From Orbicella franksi (Eukaryota): a stretch of DNA of 64,000 nt. This document shows, piece after piece, positions 1-15,300 of this stretch. Position numbers and translations under genes: made by a program. The notes under the pieces are model-generated. The model was not told the DNA's origin and ran no database searches. It was given only the letters and a program-made list of their open reading frames with translations. Where the stretch lies: NCBI GenBank assembly GCA_964199315.1, contig OZ116700.1:32984001-33048000 (forward strand), read 5' to 3'. The first letter of the stretch is position 1; each line of letters begins with the position of its first letter.

Positions 1-138
1 CTTGAAAATAGTTTGTAGTAGATTTTTATACTTTTTTGTCCAGAATTCCGCACTCTGCACGAACCCTGTTTCCAGCATGACCAACATTACAGAGAAAGCA
101 AAATAAAACTGAATAATACGCAGATTTGAATTCAATAC

Positions 139-342
139 CGCATTCTCCTTTCTTAACCACATTGAGTTCTCGTTTGATCTTGCATGCTTTGGCTCTCATA
201 TAACACTTGCTGGGGTAAGACCTTCCGTTATCAGCACACACACGCTCGTCCGGAGAAGCACATCTCGGGCACTGGCACTTGGCTTTGTTGTCAACAACAA
301 CACAATCCTGGTACGACTTGCAAACATGGAATGAGCATGGAT
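139..342 (-). CDS. Exon: FS/Kazal module 20
   Basis: 204 nt, phase 1-1; DPCSFHVC...CPRCASPDERVCADNGRSYPSKC...KGECG. Confidence 0.9.
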
Positions 343-3300
343 CTAAATAAAAAAAAATGAGCAGATGAGTTTACATACGCTCGTTACAAACTTATCAAGT
401 AACAACTGTTCCGCAGCCCAAACTATGATAACCAGTACAATGGGAAATCTACGAGGACCTGCAAACAGAATCAATCTGTAAACGCTAACACGCTTTAGTC
501 GAAATATTTCTATTGGCATTTCTTAGTAACATAACCGCGATAAAGATTTAAGAACATTTTTTTAAATTATAAAATAGTTCAACGAGAAAAACGCGTCATG
601 TAAGCGAAGGTAACTGCCCTCTTTACTTAGCGAGGGTTATTTCACATTGAGCACAGAACCCAAGGGTGACGGCGACACTTTTCTTTGCACAACGCAATCG
701 TCTTCACTCACCGCATTTCCCTTGTTTCATTTCCATCTTACGTCCGCAGGCAGCAGCCTTAAAATAGCACTCATTGTCATACGTGATGCCGTCACTTCCA
801 CATACGGGTTCCTCTGTATCTGGGCATTCAGCTCTTGACTGGCAGACGCAGCGGGTGCCACCGTCAGGTTGAACTTCACATTTGGTTTGATTTGCGCATA
901 CAACGAATCTACACGGCTCTGAAATAAAACAGGTACAGGATAGTTAACTTGGATGGCGTTTATTTATTTAAGCCGAGTAATGCCTTCATTTATGGCCTGT
1001 CAATAATTTGGATTTTAACTCAATTTTGCAGAGCAAGATCCGAAAACCAAAGAAAAAAAAGGTTTGAAAAGTTAAAAGGTTATTCAAGACAAACTTGAAA
1101 CATGCAGCCTCAGGTTTTCATGTTTGTGAAATTGCAACGCACTTCCATCCTCGGCAGCGCAGGACTGGTTTCCCAACAAGTCTTCCTCCACGTTGGGGTA
1201 TATACCATCACTAATCAAACATTCTTGGAAAATCGAGACCTTCTTTAGAAATAATCCTTTTTGCTGCCATGACAACCTGTGAATTAGCTGGAGTAATCTG
1301 ATGTGCTCCATTACAGCAGCTTAAACAACCAAAATCTAAAAACTGCTTCAATGATATCACACATGGAAATCGAAAAAGCCATAAGAAGTTTTTTTGGAGA
1401 TATACCCGGCTCTCATCTTACCACAAACTCCGTCTTTTCTCTTGTCCGTGTTTTCTCTCTTTTCACAAGCGATAACCTTCATAAGACACTCGTTGATGTA
1501 AGTTTTGCCATCAGTGCCACACACTGGTTTAACCACGGGCACACAGTCGTCTTTCTTCGGACACACACATGTGGGTGTTCCATCAGGGGCGTTATGACAC
1601 ACCGCATACTTTGGACACTTTATGATGTTGCATCCGCCTGCTGAAAAAAACAAAGAATGCACTCAAAAGAGTACACCATCTGATCACCAACCTAACTGGA
1701 GAGAACATTCATTTCTTCAACGCCAACTTAAAGGAGTTTTGTCACGGCTTGTGCATCTTGAAAACCTTAGCTTAAAATTCTTCAAGTTCGTCGTTTGTAA
1801 TCTGTGTCAATCTTCTCCATCCTTGATCATCCTTGTTCCTTTATGGTTTATTAGTATCTCTGAAGTGCTTTTCTATCGTAGTAAACTATTATTTTCAGGT
1901 TTCCTTCAATTGAAAGGTGATTTTGTACGTAGCCAAAATAACTCAAAATACCGTGACTGAGCTGCTTTGAGGAAAACTAAACACAAGCACGGGATAGTTT
2001 ATTGTTTGTTCCCACTCCTTCTCTGTGATTCGGTTAGTACAGTGACTTATTGTTAGCTCGATGTTTTATTTCATTAACTGGGATTACGTTAGCTTAGACA
2101 TAACTATAACAAAACGAAGTCAATGTGAATCTCAGCCTACACAGCGCAATGAACTGACCAATCAGGATCAAGCGCGGGAAAACATACAATCGTAGGAAAG
2201 GTCCAATAAATAACGTAACGAGAGCCAGATGACCATTGGTTTTGGTTCGGCACCTGAGAAGCTAAGAAAACGATATGACACAAATAACGCAAGTACTTAA
2301 CTTTTCAAGGCACAAGTGACTTACCACATTTGCCTTTGTGTGACAGGTTCAATGATTTATTCTCCAAAGCAGCGAGGCAAGACTTGACAAGGAGATAACA
2401 TTCATTAGGATACGCATTGCCATCTGAACCGCAGACCGGCGCCGGAGAGTAACTGCAGTCACGGACATTCGGGCACTGACAAGTTGCCTTGCCTTTCACC
2501 AGTTTACAGACTTGATTCGCGGGGCATTTCATTCCGTTGCAAGTATCTGAAGTGGAACCACCACAGGAAAAAAATAAATTATATTCCAATGGTAGCCCAA
2601 TAAATCCGGCTACCAAAGAGCCGGTAAAATCTAGCTGAAGTAAACAATAAATCTGGCGTATTATTAGGACAACCGTATACATGGAACTCTCAAATTTAAA
2701 GAAAATGAGGGAGGTCTTGTTTGGGCTAAAATGAGAAAGCAGTAAGGGAGGGGTGGGGAAAAGGAATGGTGGCGTTTTGTACCTTGTTTTTCTTACGGAA
2801 CGTCGTTACCAACTTTCAATCGGTAGTGCTTCCGTTCAGCCGAGATATTTGATTTGAAATCAAATTAAGTGACACATTCGTCACTCTTGCCAACCTATCC
2901 ACCATCATTTGAATTGAAGAATACATTTTCAACAAACGCGAATTTTTGTCTTAACATTTCCATCCAATATGGGTACGTTAGAAAGCCCTTTTGGGAAACA
3001 CTTCTCACTCTGCTCACCATCTTCTTTCATACTCACGCCTTATTTCTCACACAGCTAACAGACACAAACTGTCAATTCGCACAAAACAATACTATAGACC
3101 TTACCACATCTGTCTTGTTTAGTGACCACAAGTCCGCCGGACCCTTTGCACGCCTGTGCCTTTAGTTTGCATTCATTGTCGTACGTTTTACCGTCGCTTC
3201 CGCACACCTTCTCGCCAGACAACGGACATTCATCCTCTCGAGGACAGCGACACTCGTGATGACCGTTGGCTTTGACGAAACATTGAGAGTTTGGAGCTAA

Positions 3301-6300
3301 GCACTTCACCAAATCACAGATAACTGTAGAGAATAAAAACACTGAATCAGCAAATAGTATTAAGTCGAACCTCTCCTTCTTAACTCTATGTTACCGCAAG
3401 CTCACTTGGTCCAAGGGAAGCGAGAATATAAACAAGCTTTACTTGTTAAATTCGCACGCCTCGATGTGGTCGGTCGGTCTATCCGCTGGCTGGTCGATTG
3501 GTCAGTCGGTCTATCCGCTGGCTGGTCGACTGGTCGGTCAGCCGGTTGTTTGGTGGATGGATCAGTCAGTTGGTCGGTCAGGCAGTCATTCAGTGGGCCG
3601 AACAGTGGGCCGGTCGGCCTAGTGGGTCAGGGGGTCAGTCCGTCGGTCACTCAGTCAGTCAGTCAGCCGATTGGTCGTCGGTTGGTCGTCGGTTGGTCAG
3701 TCGCTCCATCCATCATTCAGACAGGCAAACAGACAGAAAGACAGACAGTCATTCATTCATACAGTTAGTCAGTCAGTCAGTCAGACAGACAGACAGACAG
3801 TCATACAGTCCGTCAGTCTGTCATTAAACCACTTACTGTCTACTCACCACAATAACCCCCCCTTTTGCGTGAGACTTTCTTTCCTGCTTTACAAGACTTG
3901 GCCTTCATGACACACTCGTTCAAGTAGCTCTGACCATCAGAACCGCAGATCAAGTCTACTTTCCAAGGACAGTCAGCCTCGGACGGACACACACACTTTG
4001 CTTTGTTGTCCTTCACTTCACATGTTGCCTGGCTGTCGCAGTTGGCTGTATCACAAGGAGCTGTGGCGACAATTAAGAATAATTATCAACAATGGAAACC
4101 AGAATAATTGTACAAAAGACACTGTGGATTTTGGAATCGCGAGTGCACACCAGGTCTCGCTTTGATAAAGAGACTTAGGTCAACTCAGAAACGGGCTATT
4201 TTAGGTTAGAACTGATTAGTATATTAGCATGAACAAGAATGTATTCATGTCCAGAGCCAGTCTGGAACGAGTAACGTTAGGTTTGTTGTAACTTAGAATT
4301 AAGTTTGGAACGATTTAATAACGACTTTCATAGTTTGGTGTTTTCGTCCTACCGATGATTGCTAATAATTTCTTAAAGGATCGTTTCAACTTGTCTTTTT
4401 TTTTTTCATCTCTCATAGATTGAATTTCCTTTAAAAGGACGGAATCCCCCAGCCCTATCACTTAACCTTCTAGTCCCGGTCTTCCGGGCCCGATAACCTT
4501 TGCACGCTAATTATCCGAATTTTGGAACTGACAGAGTTGTAAAAACTGAATGCATCGACCTTAACCAATGCTCACCGCATTTTTCAGTAACGACTGGGCT
4601 GATTCTCTTGCCCTTCCTGCAGGAGTCGACCTTCATAAAGCACATGTTGTTGTACACTTTATGAGTAGTTCCATCGCTGCCGCACACGAGGACCTTCACA
4701 GCGGAACAGTCGCGCACATCTGGACAGCGGCATTCCACTGAACCCGATTTACTGGCACACAAGGCGTGGTTGATACAACTCTTCAGCGAACATGGAGTGA
4801 CCACTAACCCTGAAAATCACAAGCACGCGATTGGCATAAAGCAGACGCATGCGCAACGTACAAGTTCTACCACAAGGAGGAGAAAGCGAGTCATTTAACA
4901 GATAACTAAGCGACGTAATAATTAGAAAAGGATAGGATTCCAATTTCAGGGTGAGTTTTTGAAGTTGGAATTAATCTAGAAGGTATAGCGCTTTTTATCT
5001 TCTACGTGTTTATCAAAACCTGAAAGATATCGGGACCACCTCAGGAAATTTCAAGACGGAAAAGAAAAAAAAAGAAACTTTTATACTCCTATATTTAATA
5101 GCAAAAACGATTTGGCTTCAACGCACTCTGGAAAAGAAGCCATGAATTTAATTGAGCTATAGAAGTTGATAACTTCACCTGAGAAACTCGACCTTCTGTC
5201 TACTGAACATGCTCTATGACCATCAAAAAACTATAACCTTGAATCTGTACATGTTAAATGGTTACTTACCACAGCTGCCAGGTTTAATAAAGAGCCGTTT
5301 GTTCTTCTCACATGATTCCTTCCTTGCTTTGCATCTATTTTCGTACGTTTTGCCATCACTGCCGCACACGGGCTCGCCCAAACTGGGACAGAAATCAGGA
5401 CAACTACAGACAGCTTTACCTTGAGAATCTACCTTACAGTCTTGGTCTGAAGGGCAGACTGATTTGGAGCACGGAGCTGATAGGACAAGACAGATTAATG
5501 CGAGTTAAATGAAGTACATTCATAGATAAAAATTAGAGAGTTTAAGAAAACCGCAACGGGAACCGTCACTAGACAATAGCAATGGAATGGCTGTATACGT
5601 GATTTTAATTCTTGGTACATTTCTTTATGATTTTATTGTATTGCAAGGTGGTTACAACATTTCAGTGAACAAAAGTTGTAAAAAGTTGTAAAACTATGTG
5701 TAAACACTCAAACGAAAGCTTTCGATGTGTGAAGTCACGTGCAAGCCTGTTTAACAAGATGTCAGTTAATTTTGACATGCGTAAAAAGGTCATTTTCAGA
5801 CATCGCTAGCTCCGAAGAAGGCATAACACCCGGAAAATCAGCTCTCCAAGTCCCCTTTGATTGCTTCATTTAGCAACCGACGCATTACAAAAGTTTCGCT
5901 AAAACTAATCTTCTGTCTTGAATTTCAATCTCGGCAGCAACAGACTGCGTTCCTGCGTTTCTATTACATTATCATTAACTGAAAAATGTGGCCCCTAACA
6001 TTAAATCTGCGAAGAAAAACTGGAATGAAATCATCAGAGCTGTAGAAAAGTAAAAAGTGAACAATCTAAGAAATCTGAAATCTATTAATTTTAAATAGAA
6101 ATCTACTAGTGTTCTATCACGAATGCCGTTCTCTGATTGGCTACGCTACTCAATATCTGCTCAATTTCCGCTGTAGGTAGTGAGTAATCCATCAGTGTGT
6201 GCTTCCTAATAAACTGGCGACCATTTCTTTGCAGAGGATTTAGATTAAGTCTTGAAAATTCATTTGATTTAAACCGGCTAAAACAATTACATTACTCGCT

Positions 6301-9300
6301 CTCGATTTCTATGCGCGATAGTTGATTCAGGCTGCGCCCTCGTCAACTATCACGCGATAGAAATTTCAAGTTCATAGTCTAATAGTTGAGTATATTCTTG
6401 TAAAACAAAACTTCGCCATGTTATACTCACTACACTGTCCTTTTCGCTTGACTTCAATTTTGTATTTCAGGGCACAAGACTCGGCTTCCAAGAAGCACTT
6501 GTCTCGATAGGTCTTAGCATTGTCTCCACAAACCGCTCTGGTGGCATTTGAACACTGGTCAGCGGTTGGGCACGTGCACTGTGCAGTACCAGATCCATCA
6601 TCCGCTATGGTACATGTACCGTAATAGTCTTCGCAATCCGACAAAGAGCAGGGACCTGGAGAAAACAACATAGAACAAATAAAGAGAGCAAGTCAGTGAA
6701 AGCATATTCTGAGATGTAATTTTCATACCGCATACTCCATTGTGTTTCGTTGTAACATCGGTTCCCTCCGCGCAGCTTTCCGCCTTCAGCTTGCATTCGC
6801 TCTCGTAAGTCTTGCCATTCGTACCACATACGGGATCATTGATATCCGGGCATTCCTCCGCCCGAGGACACTCACAGGCCGTGGAGCCGTCAGGTATCAG
6901 TTTGCACACGGAATGGTGTTTACAGTTGGCAGCTTGGCAAGGATCTGAAGATCAGTAGAAGAATAAACTGTTAAAGTTGGCGTGTAAGAAAAATGGCAAT
7001 ATTTTACGCGGCTAATAGGCAATAAACGTTTGTCGAGGCGGATAACGAATACTAGTACGGAGCCTTTCCCTTTTCAAATGAAAGTGTACTCGATGTTGAT
7101 TTTCGTGCAAATTTCGACACATTTTTACGAGGTTTGGCACCGAACGTAACAGAAACACCACAGACAAATGGCTTATTTATTTGCTTCCTTTCCAAAATTT
7201 CGTCGCCTGTCAAAAGCTATGCAAACTAAGCGGTAATTACGGACCTGACCTCTTGCAAGAACTTGAAATCTGTGGATTTAACTTGAAAATGAAGGCAGAA
7301 ATCTGGAGATCTCCAGAAACGAGCATCTGAAGATTTGCAATGGAAAAATACTCTAAAAACACGTTAATCTGCCATTAAGATTTCACTATCTTTCAAGGGA
7401 GTATAAAATGATAGGACTTAACGCTTCATCCCTTCAGGCCAGGTAAAGAACATTTCAAAGAACATTTAGTTCACCGACAGTGTAACCCTACCACACACTC
7501 CCTTCTTGATCACTACAAGCGACACTTCTGTGCTGCAGGCTTCAACTCTCATTCTGCACGAGGTTATGTAATTTCGCCCATCGCTGCCACACACTGGATC
7601 ATAATCTCTTGGACAGTCATCTTCTGTCGGACACTTGCAAGTGGGTGTATTCAGTTTACTTGCCACACACCGCTTGCCTTGAGAACAGCGGGTGTCTTTA
7701 CAAACCACTGTTAAATACAAACCAAGCGGAGATATACATGTAAATCGACGAAACGCTAAACCAGAATTGAGTTATAAAGCAGCTTTCCAAGCAAAATTGT
7801 GGTAGGAAAATGAAAGTTAGTGTTGAATGTTAAGTTAAGTTCGTGAATGTGACGGCAATAAAAACGTAAAGTTCAATGTGACCTGTCATAAACGCGGGAA
7901 ACATAGAGCGGTTTTCAGTTGAGTGTCGTAAAACCAAAACCAAAGAAATTAATCTAACCAATCACAAAGGACACAGACAATACAGCGAACCAATCAAAAC
8001 TGACTGTAATTACAGGTAGCTCACGCGAAGCGCGGGAAAACGTGTGCGAGCGAGTCACGGTTGGTCTTATTTTACTTCTGATTGGACGGAAAATAGGCGC
8101 GAGTTTTTTAGGCCAATCGAGTAGCGACGTAATGCAAAATCACTTACTTTGCGACACTCAAGAGAAAACCGCTCTAATTCTGTTAGTTACTTCACTACAG
8201 TCCAACGTTAGATTACATCAGTATGTACAGCAAGTTTGACATACTGATCGAGGCGGTAAAAATATCGGATTTGGCGTTAATTTTATACATAAAGAAATGC
8301 ATTGCGGTGAAAATGAAAATATAACTGTACCACAAGGACCAGCATGCTTCACTCCAACTGTTGTGTTGCTCTCACACGACTCTGCCTTTAGAATGCACTC
8401 ATTCAGGTAGGTGTTTCCATCGGTGCCGCACACACGGTCCTTCTCCTTGGCACAGTCCTTCTTCTCGATGCACTTACAGGAAAATGTACCGTCCTTTTGA
8501 CCCATGCATACTTCATTTGAACGGCAACTATTAAGTCTACAGGATCCTATGGATAAAGTAGATAAAACACGGCATAACTATATTTTAACACAACTTGCTT
8601 TGTATGGGTAATTCAAAGGTGACGAGTGAAAGAAAGGAAATAATTTAACGCGCGTTTTGTCAAAATTCTAATAATGGCTCAGAAATTATTAGAATTTTGA
8701 CAAAACGTAAGTGAAATTATTCTTAATTTCACGAGTGTACCATTTGATCACCTTTAAATATAAGGGATGCCAAATTACGCTCACAATTTTTGACTCGTTT
8801 GTTGTAACGAGAAGTTTCGCGCAATTTTGTAATTTCACTTGTGAAATTATAAATTAAGGCTAAAATTTCGAGCCAAAATATAGGAGTACTTTGTCACCCA
8901 TGATATTATGGTTGTAACATCATAAACAGAGTTGGAATGCTCTTTAATTTTGCAACAAGATGGTTTGAATTTCTTCCACAATACCCGAGACATGAAGACC
9001 AGTTCATGGAAAAGGCTTTTTGCCTGCTTAAGTTTTAACTAAATTCGAGTACAACCAAAAACAAAATGTGCTTAAAGGTATTGTTAAGACTTACTATTTG
9101 GAATTAAGAAGAATTGAGGTTTTAACAAATCACGATGCACCAGTCATTGTTGCCATACTATAACTCAGTTAATCACTCACCGCAAGGTCCTGTATGACGC
9201 ACGTCTACCTCTTTGTTATTTGCACAAGCCGCCACATCTAAGAGACACTTGTTGATGTATGTCTGTCCGTCTGAGCCACACACTCCATCACCATCTTCAG

Positions 9301-12300
9301 GACACTCATCTTCTGTCCGGCACTTACACGTGACCGAGCCGTCAGCATTTCCAGTGCAGGCCGCGTTGTTTTTGCAGTCCTTAGCGAGGTCACATGGGCC
9401 TGAAAGGATCACCCATGCATACAATTTTAGAAATAGTGTAACGAAGCATGGCCAAGGGGTTAGGGCGTTGGTCTTGCAATTCAGAGGTCCCTGGTTCAAG
9501 GTCATAATCCAGGGCCTAGCTGGAATTTACTTCTTCTAGCAGTGGTGAATTGGTTAGTAGCCTAACTGTTCATTCAGGTAGAAATATTTGTTTCATGTAC
9601 AACCTCGCCCTTCCCAAGCAGCACACGTTAGCAAATACAAGCTATTATAAATCAAACAAAACACAATTACGTTTTATTTTATATTTTTTCTTGAAAAAAT
9701 AAAACAAAATACCCATTCATTGTTTGATGTCGACAAATTGTAATGTAGAGACTTTGCTTTTTGAAGATGACACTCGACAGTGGCTAAAATTGCCTATAAA
9801 CTTGTGGCCCACATAAATTATATTCACTCACCACAATAGCCATCTATCAAGACGTAAACTGACATTTCTTTCAGACAAGCCTTTGCTTTCATCACACACT
9901 CGTTGAGATATGTTTTGCCATCACTGCCGCATACAGTGTTAACAGTCATAGGGCAGTCCCTTTCATCCGGGCACTCGCACTGAACGTTCCCTTGAGAGTC
10001 CACCGTGCATTTCTTGGGTTCTTTACATTGCACACCAGCACAAGGCTCTGAAATAAAATTCACAACATAAAATGTCTGAATGGAGCACCCATGTTGGCAG
10101 GGCATTGATCACAACAAACGCAAAAGACAATTGCCAACATTTTTGAAGAGCAATATTAGGGAGCTTAAGCAAACCACGACGACGACGGCAACGAGAACGT
10201 CACCAAACAAAAAGTTTAATGAGCAAAACAACAGCTGTGCACGTGCGTGATAAATCTTTTTACATTTCTTTGCCGTCCTCTGCAAAACAACAACGTGAAA
10301 TGACCAAGTTTTGCGTAATCTGAAGAACGCGAACGACGACGGCTAATGTTTCGTATTTCCATTTTAGAAATGAACGCTGTCATTGCATATTTGTCTGAGC
10401 ACTTTCCGAGAGCCATTGGCGTGGTGAACAGATCTAGAAGTTGCGAATTTCGCCGGTAAAATATAAATTGATTTTTGACTAGGCGTTGTGCTCGGCGTCG
10501 CCGTCGTCGTTGCTTAAGCTCAAATACTTTTTTTGGTTCTTTAGGTGAGAAACACTTAAAACAACGAAAATATACTAACCACACTTTCCAGGTCTCTGTG
10601 CATCGACGGTTTCATTCATTAAGCAATTATCCACGTCCAGATAACACTGATTGATGTAAGTCTCGTTGTTCTGTCCACACACGGGAGCCGCAGTCTGGGG
10701 ACACTCCCTGACGTCCTTACATGAACACTGTGCATTTCCATCCTTCACTTCGCATCGTTCATGTTCCCTACATATAACACCAGCACAAAGACCTAGAAAG
10801 GAAAGTTGCCAAATGCTTTAATTAAAGGTTATCGTATACCTTTAGAGGTGTCTCGCGTCCAAGCGCTGTAGCGCGTCCGTTTAAACTGTAGATACCTGAC
10901 CCCCTATATCAAGTTAAAGCTTATAGAGCTGGCTATCAATCTATACGAAGAATTTTGAAATACAATGAGCTGTAGAATTTTTCACGACCTGTGAATGCGA
11001 GTATCCGAATCACCGTCAAAGGTGAACAACAAAATTCATCTCACTGATTGTCATAGGTTTCCTTCACAGTTCGTTTTGAGAATTTGGTGTTATATCAAAA
11101 CTATATCCACTCGTTGTATAACTATCTTTATTCTTATCACCCACCTACTTGATAACGTATTAATATACACCATCAAAACAAACCATTGTAAACTTAACAT
11201 TCGGTTTGCAGCTGTAAAAGTTTGGAATAATTTGGAGAAAATATGAAACACCTCCCCCTTTAAAGTTTCAAATACAAAGGTAAGTTTAGTATCTAACGCC
11301 TGGCCAAACGGAGTCGCAAGTGGACCCAAGCGTTCAATTCAGTGATTCAATGATATTGCCAACATTTATGAGTTTTCATCTGGCACTTACTAGTGACTTA
11401 TTTATTACCAATTTACTTTATTTCTAGGTATTTAGTGACTTATTGATTTATTCTGCTTACTTATTTGTTGTTGTTATGTTTTTTTCCTTTTATCCCCATA
11501 TTTTGTCTCCTTTCTTCTCCCCCCTTAAAAGCTTTACTGCCAACCAACTTCTTTATATACGTACTATTTAATTTCACCCAGCTCGAGTAGCTTTTAAGTT
11601 ATTCTGGGTGAATTTACCTAATTTTCTGTTACAATTATCTTTTTTTGTAACTAAGAGTTTTTTCTATTTTGGTAATAAAGTGTGTGTTGTCCTGTCTTGT
11701 TATATGTAAGGAGAAACTTGATTTCAGATCAAAGCTTACCACATGGCCCCAAGTTGTCAACAGTGATATCCTCTCCTTTTTTGCAAGCCTCAACTCGTAA
11801 TGCACAGTCATTATAATAGGTAACCTTATCACTGCCACACACTTGATCTCTAGTGGGTGGACAGTCACTCATCTTTGGACACACGCACTCCGTGGAGGTG
11901 AAATCAGTTGCTTTGCAGCGCGCATAGTGTTTACAAACCTTCTTCGCGCAAGGGTCTGTGAAATGAAACAAATATTGTCTTAGCCACGAGAGGAAGGCAA
12001 AAAAAGGCAGGGAGCGGAGGTCAAAAGCAACGAAGAAACAATGAAAGGCAGGAAAGAAGATAGACACAACGAAAGAACAAACATGTCTAGGCCTAAAAAT
12101 CTAATCGTACAAAGCCAGATGAGATTTTGACCACAAAAGACAAGCTCTACGACAAATTCTCCAGTCCTACGTTTTGCATATGGTGGTTTAAGTTTACCTT
12201 CACAAGTGTCTTTGGTCAGCCTTGCACTCAGATAACCAAGCTCATCCAGGCTGCTCACAGTGTGCATAAAATTGCTTCCACTGGCAAGACTGAGATGCCG

Positions 12301-15300
12301 AGAAGAGGGCGTCTTAACAGTAACAGCGACAACGAATATTTGAACACCTGTGTTCTTCAGGGCGGCGGCGGCAGACTTCAGATCCTCTGTGATTTTGCCG
12401 ACAACTATTGCAATCAGAGATTTTGGAACCTGCGAGAAAATAGCGAGTGATTTTGACATTCTCCCTATCTTATGTGGAAAAATATTAATACACACATATA
12501 AACCATAATTATCTACACTTTGGAGTGCCTTAAAGGAGCTCAGTCGCGTTATTTTGAGTTATTTTGGCCACGTACTAAATTACCTTTAAATTGAAGGTAA
12601 CCTGAAAATAGTTGTTTGCTAAGATAGAAAAACACCAAAGAGTTAATGATAATAACCCATAAAGGAACAAGGACAGTTGGATGGACGAATTCCAAACGAC
12701 GAAATTGAAAAATTCAGGCTTAACTTTCCAGGACGTGCAAACCGTGATAGAGCTCCCTTAAATGAAGTTTAAATTAGAAATAACATAAACAGCACAAGTG
12801 CTTACCCCGGTTCTTCCTCCATTCCTGAATACCTCTGATGCCCTTCGTAGCATGTCACTTAGCCTACTGGTCGGATCTGAAGGGAAGTCTCTCTTAGCAG
12901 GCAGCCCAGCCACTCTAGCCTTCAGTACTCCGGGCCGAGTGTGTTCTCTGAGCGCAATATCTTTCCGCGCGGTCTCTCCAACCGTGATAACACCAACGTG
13001 AGTTTTGATGTCGGAAATCGTGAAAGCGTTGATCATCGTCAGAACAAAATTCTTCTGCTGGTTGTATTCCGAGGTTGATAACTCGGCAGAAGAGTCTAAA
13101 GCGAAGACCACATCCATGGGAAATGGACAAGCTGAAATTTACAAAGTGTGCTTGTAAGTGATGTGGAGAGTTAAATTGAACAAAGGACAAAAAAAGCCGA
13201 AATGCGATGAACCTCAAATTGAATGCCTATTTGACGCACTCAGTACGTCACGGTTTTCGCACCTCAGGTGCCTTTATGACGTACTGAGTAAGTCAAAATT
13301 TTAAGAGATTTAATCAAACTCCAAGCGCGCTGGAAACAACTTTTATCGGCGTCTGAGATTCGTAGGAGATTTTTCGAAAGACTTCTAATTTCGCATTGTT
13401 ATGAAGTCGTATGGATATCAAATTACGTCAACCTCGGCGAAATTACCCGCATTGAAGAGACACTTTTATCACCTTTTAGAAAATGTGTACATGTCTATAG
13501 TTTAAGTGAAGAGGCTTCAAGTTTTTACTATACACCGATTTTCAGTGAAAATGGTACGGCACGCAGTACACAAAGGTCTGGCACTCAAGGGGTTAAATCA
13601 TCTTGACTTACCAGCGTGGATAGGAGTAGGAACCACGCAAAAGAGTCTAGACGGGGGTTTTATTGGCCGAAGGGCGTCTAGCGGAGCTTCCTCTCTTTAT
13701 TATTGTAATTTTCTACTGATCGTAGGTGCTACCCACCTGCAGGAATAGAACACAAGGGCTCCACTAAAATGGCTCCTCTGGTCGGTTTACATCTACCACA
13801 CCACCCACCACACTTGGCAGACACCACGGCACCATCATGTGACTTCATGTAATCCTGTAGCTGTAAACCACTCGGGAAACCTTGCAGTGTCCACGTCACA
13901 TCATCCCGAACCCGAAGTCTCGTCCCGCTCAAATCCACCTTGAAGCCACCCTTGCGGCATTTGCCCGTGTTCACCGAATAACAATCCCCAGCAGTGCCAT
14001 ATGCAATGTTCTTTCCTTCCTCCGTCTGGGCAAAGGTGAAGTCATTGCTGATAATCCTCATGGTTGCGATGTCAAGGCGCACTTTAGTGAAATTTGTTGT
14101 TCCTCGTTCAGCGTACAACTGTGTTCGCGCAGGCCCACTGCAGCTGAACCTGTCCTGTAGCCGTTGGTGGTAGATAATAGCGTAGTTGTTCTCAGCTCCA
14201 GACTCCAAAGTTATAAACTCCCGCGGCGAGTTGGAGGCCATCATGTGACAGTAAATTCTGATTGGGTCTTTACATCTGTCACTTGCCTGAACAAGGTAGT
14301 GGCCATCAGATGAGTACCCGGATGTCTTCACTTCTACGCAACTGTGAAACACTGTTGAAATTATGACAAGTAAAAGATTTCAATTTGGTTGTCAGTGGAA
14401 TGATTTCATATTCCACTACATGAGAGAAATTCATATGACTGCTGTGAAACAGTGAAAGTAACACAAAAGCATCTACAGCCAATCAGAACCGTAGAAAGTG
14501 AAATAGACCCCACAGATTTCAAAGAATAAACAACTGATCAAACTTCTGGCCAGCGCGGGGAAACACAGAACCGTTGTCAAGGCGCGAGGACGTAAAAGCG
14601 ACGACGACGCTTTGATCGGCTAGAGCATTATGACTGAAATTACGAGCTCACAAAGCGGTAAAACAAAGCACAGTGAGAAATAGTATTATCTAATTCTCAC
14701 CACCTGTACACTAGATACTATGTAATGAAAACTATTCCGTCGTTGAGTGGGAAAGTGCAAGCTAGTCGCTTTTGAAAATTAAATGATTAACCAACCTTTG
14801 GCAGCGATAAATGGTACTTTTTTCGCCTCTTCTTTGTCCCCACCAGGCTTGGGTATCACCACGAGGTTATCTCCTGATGCAATAACTTTAAACTTGTCCC
14901 CATCGGGTTTGTCCGTGATGGCAATGACAATGATCTTGACTGGCTTCTCCCGTAACTTGGCAACCTCGTCCATGATGGCTTTAGAGTTTTCATCAAAGTC
15001 ACCCTCGGTCATAACAACGAGAATATCCTCCGCAAACGGTCGCTCGCCACGCTGGAGAGTAAAGACTGAATCGCGAACCTTTTTCAGAGCGTCACTCAGT
15101 GTACCTGGCCTAGAGCCTGGACCAGGAATGTTCTCAGCCACAATTTTGAAATTCTCCTTGGTGTAGCTGTCACTGAAGAAAACCCTGGCATTGGCAGGGA
15201 GACCGTTGTAGTCCACGAGGGCGAGATGCGTCATGCTCGCAGAAACTTCATACTCATCGACAATGTTCTTTAAGATTGTTACCATTCTCGCAAAGTTGGA

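Noticed and set aside
1084-1311. 75-aa minus-strand ORF in the FS18-FS19 intron
   Set aside because: No recognisable motif or compatible splice sites seen; possible repeat fragment, unsupported as an exon
3388-3910. Three overlapping plus-strand ORFs
   Set aside because: Translations of the tetranucleotide microsatellite
10216-10584. 122-aa ORF with an RRRRRR stretch
   Set aside because: Reads through the MITE at 10161-10521; the Arg run comes from its CGACGACGGC TIR
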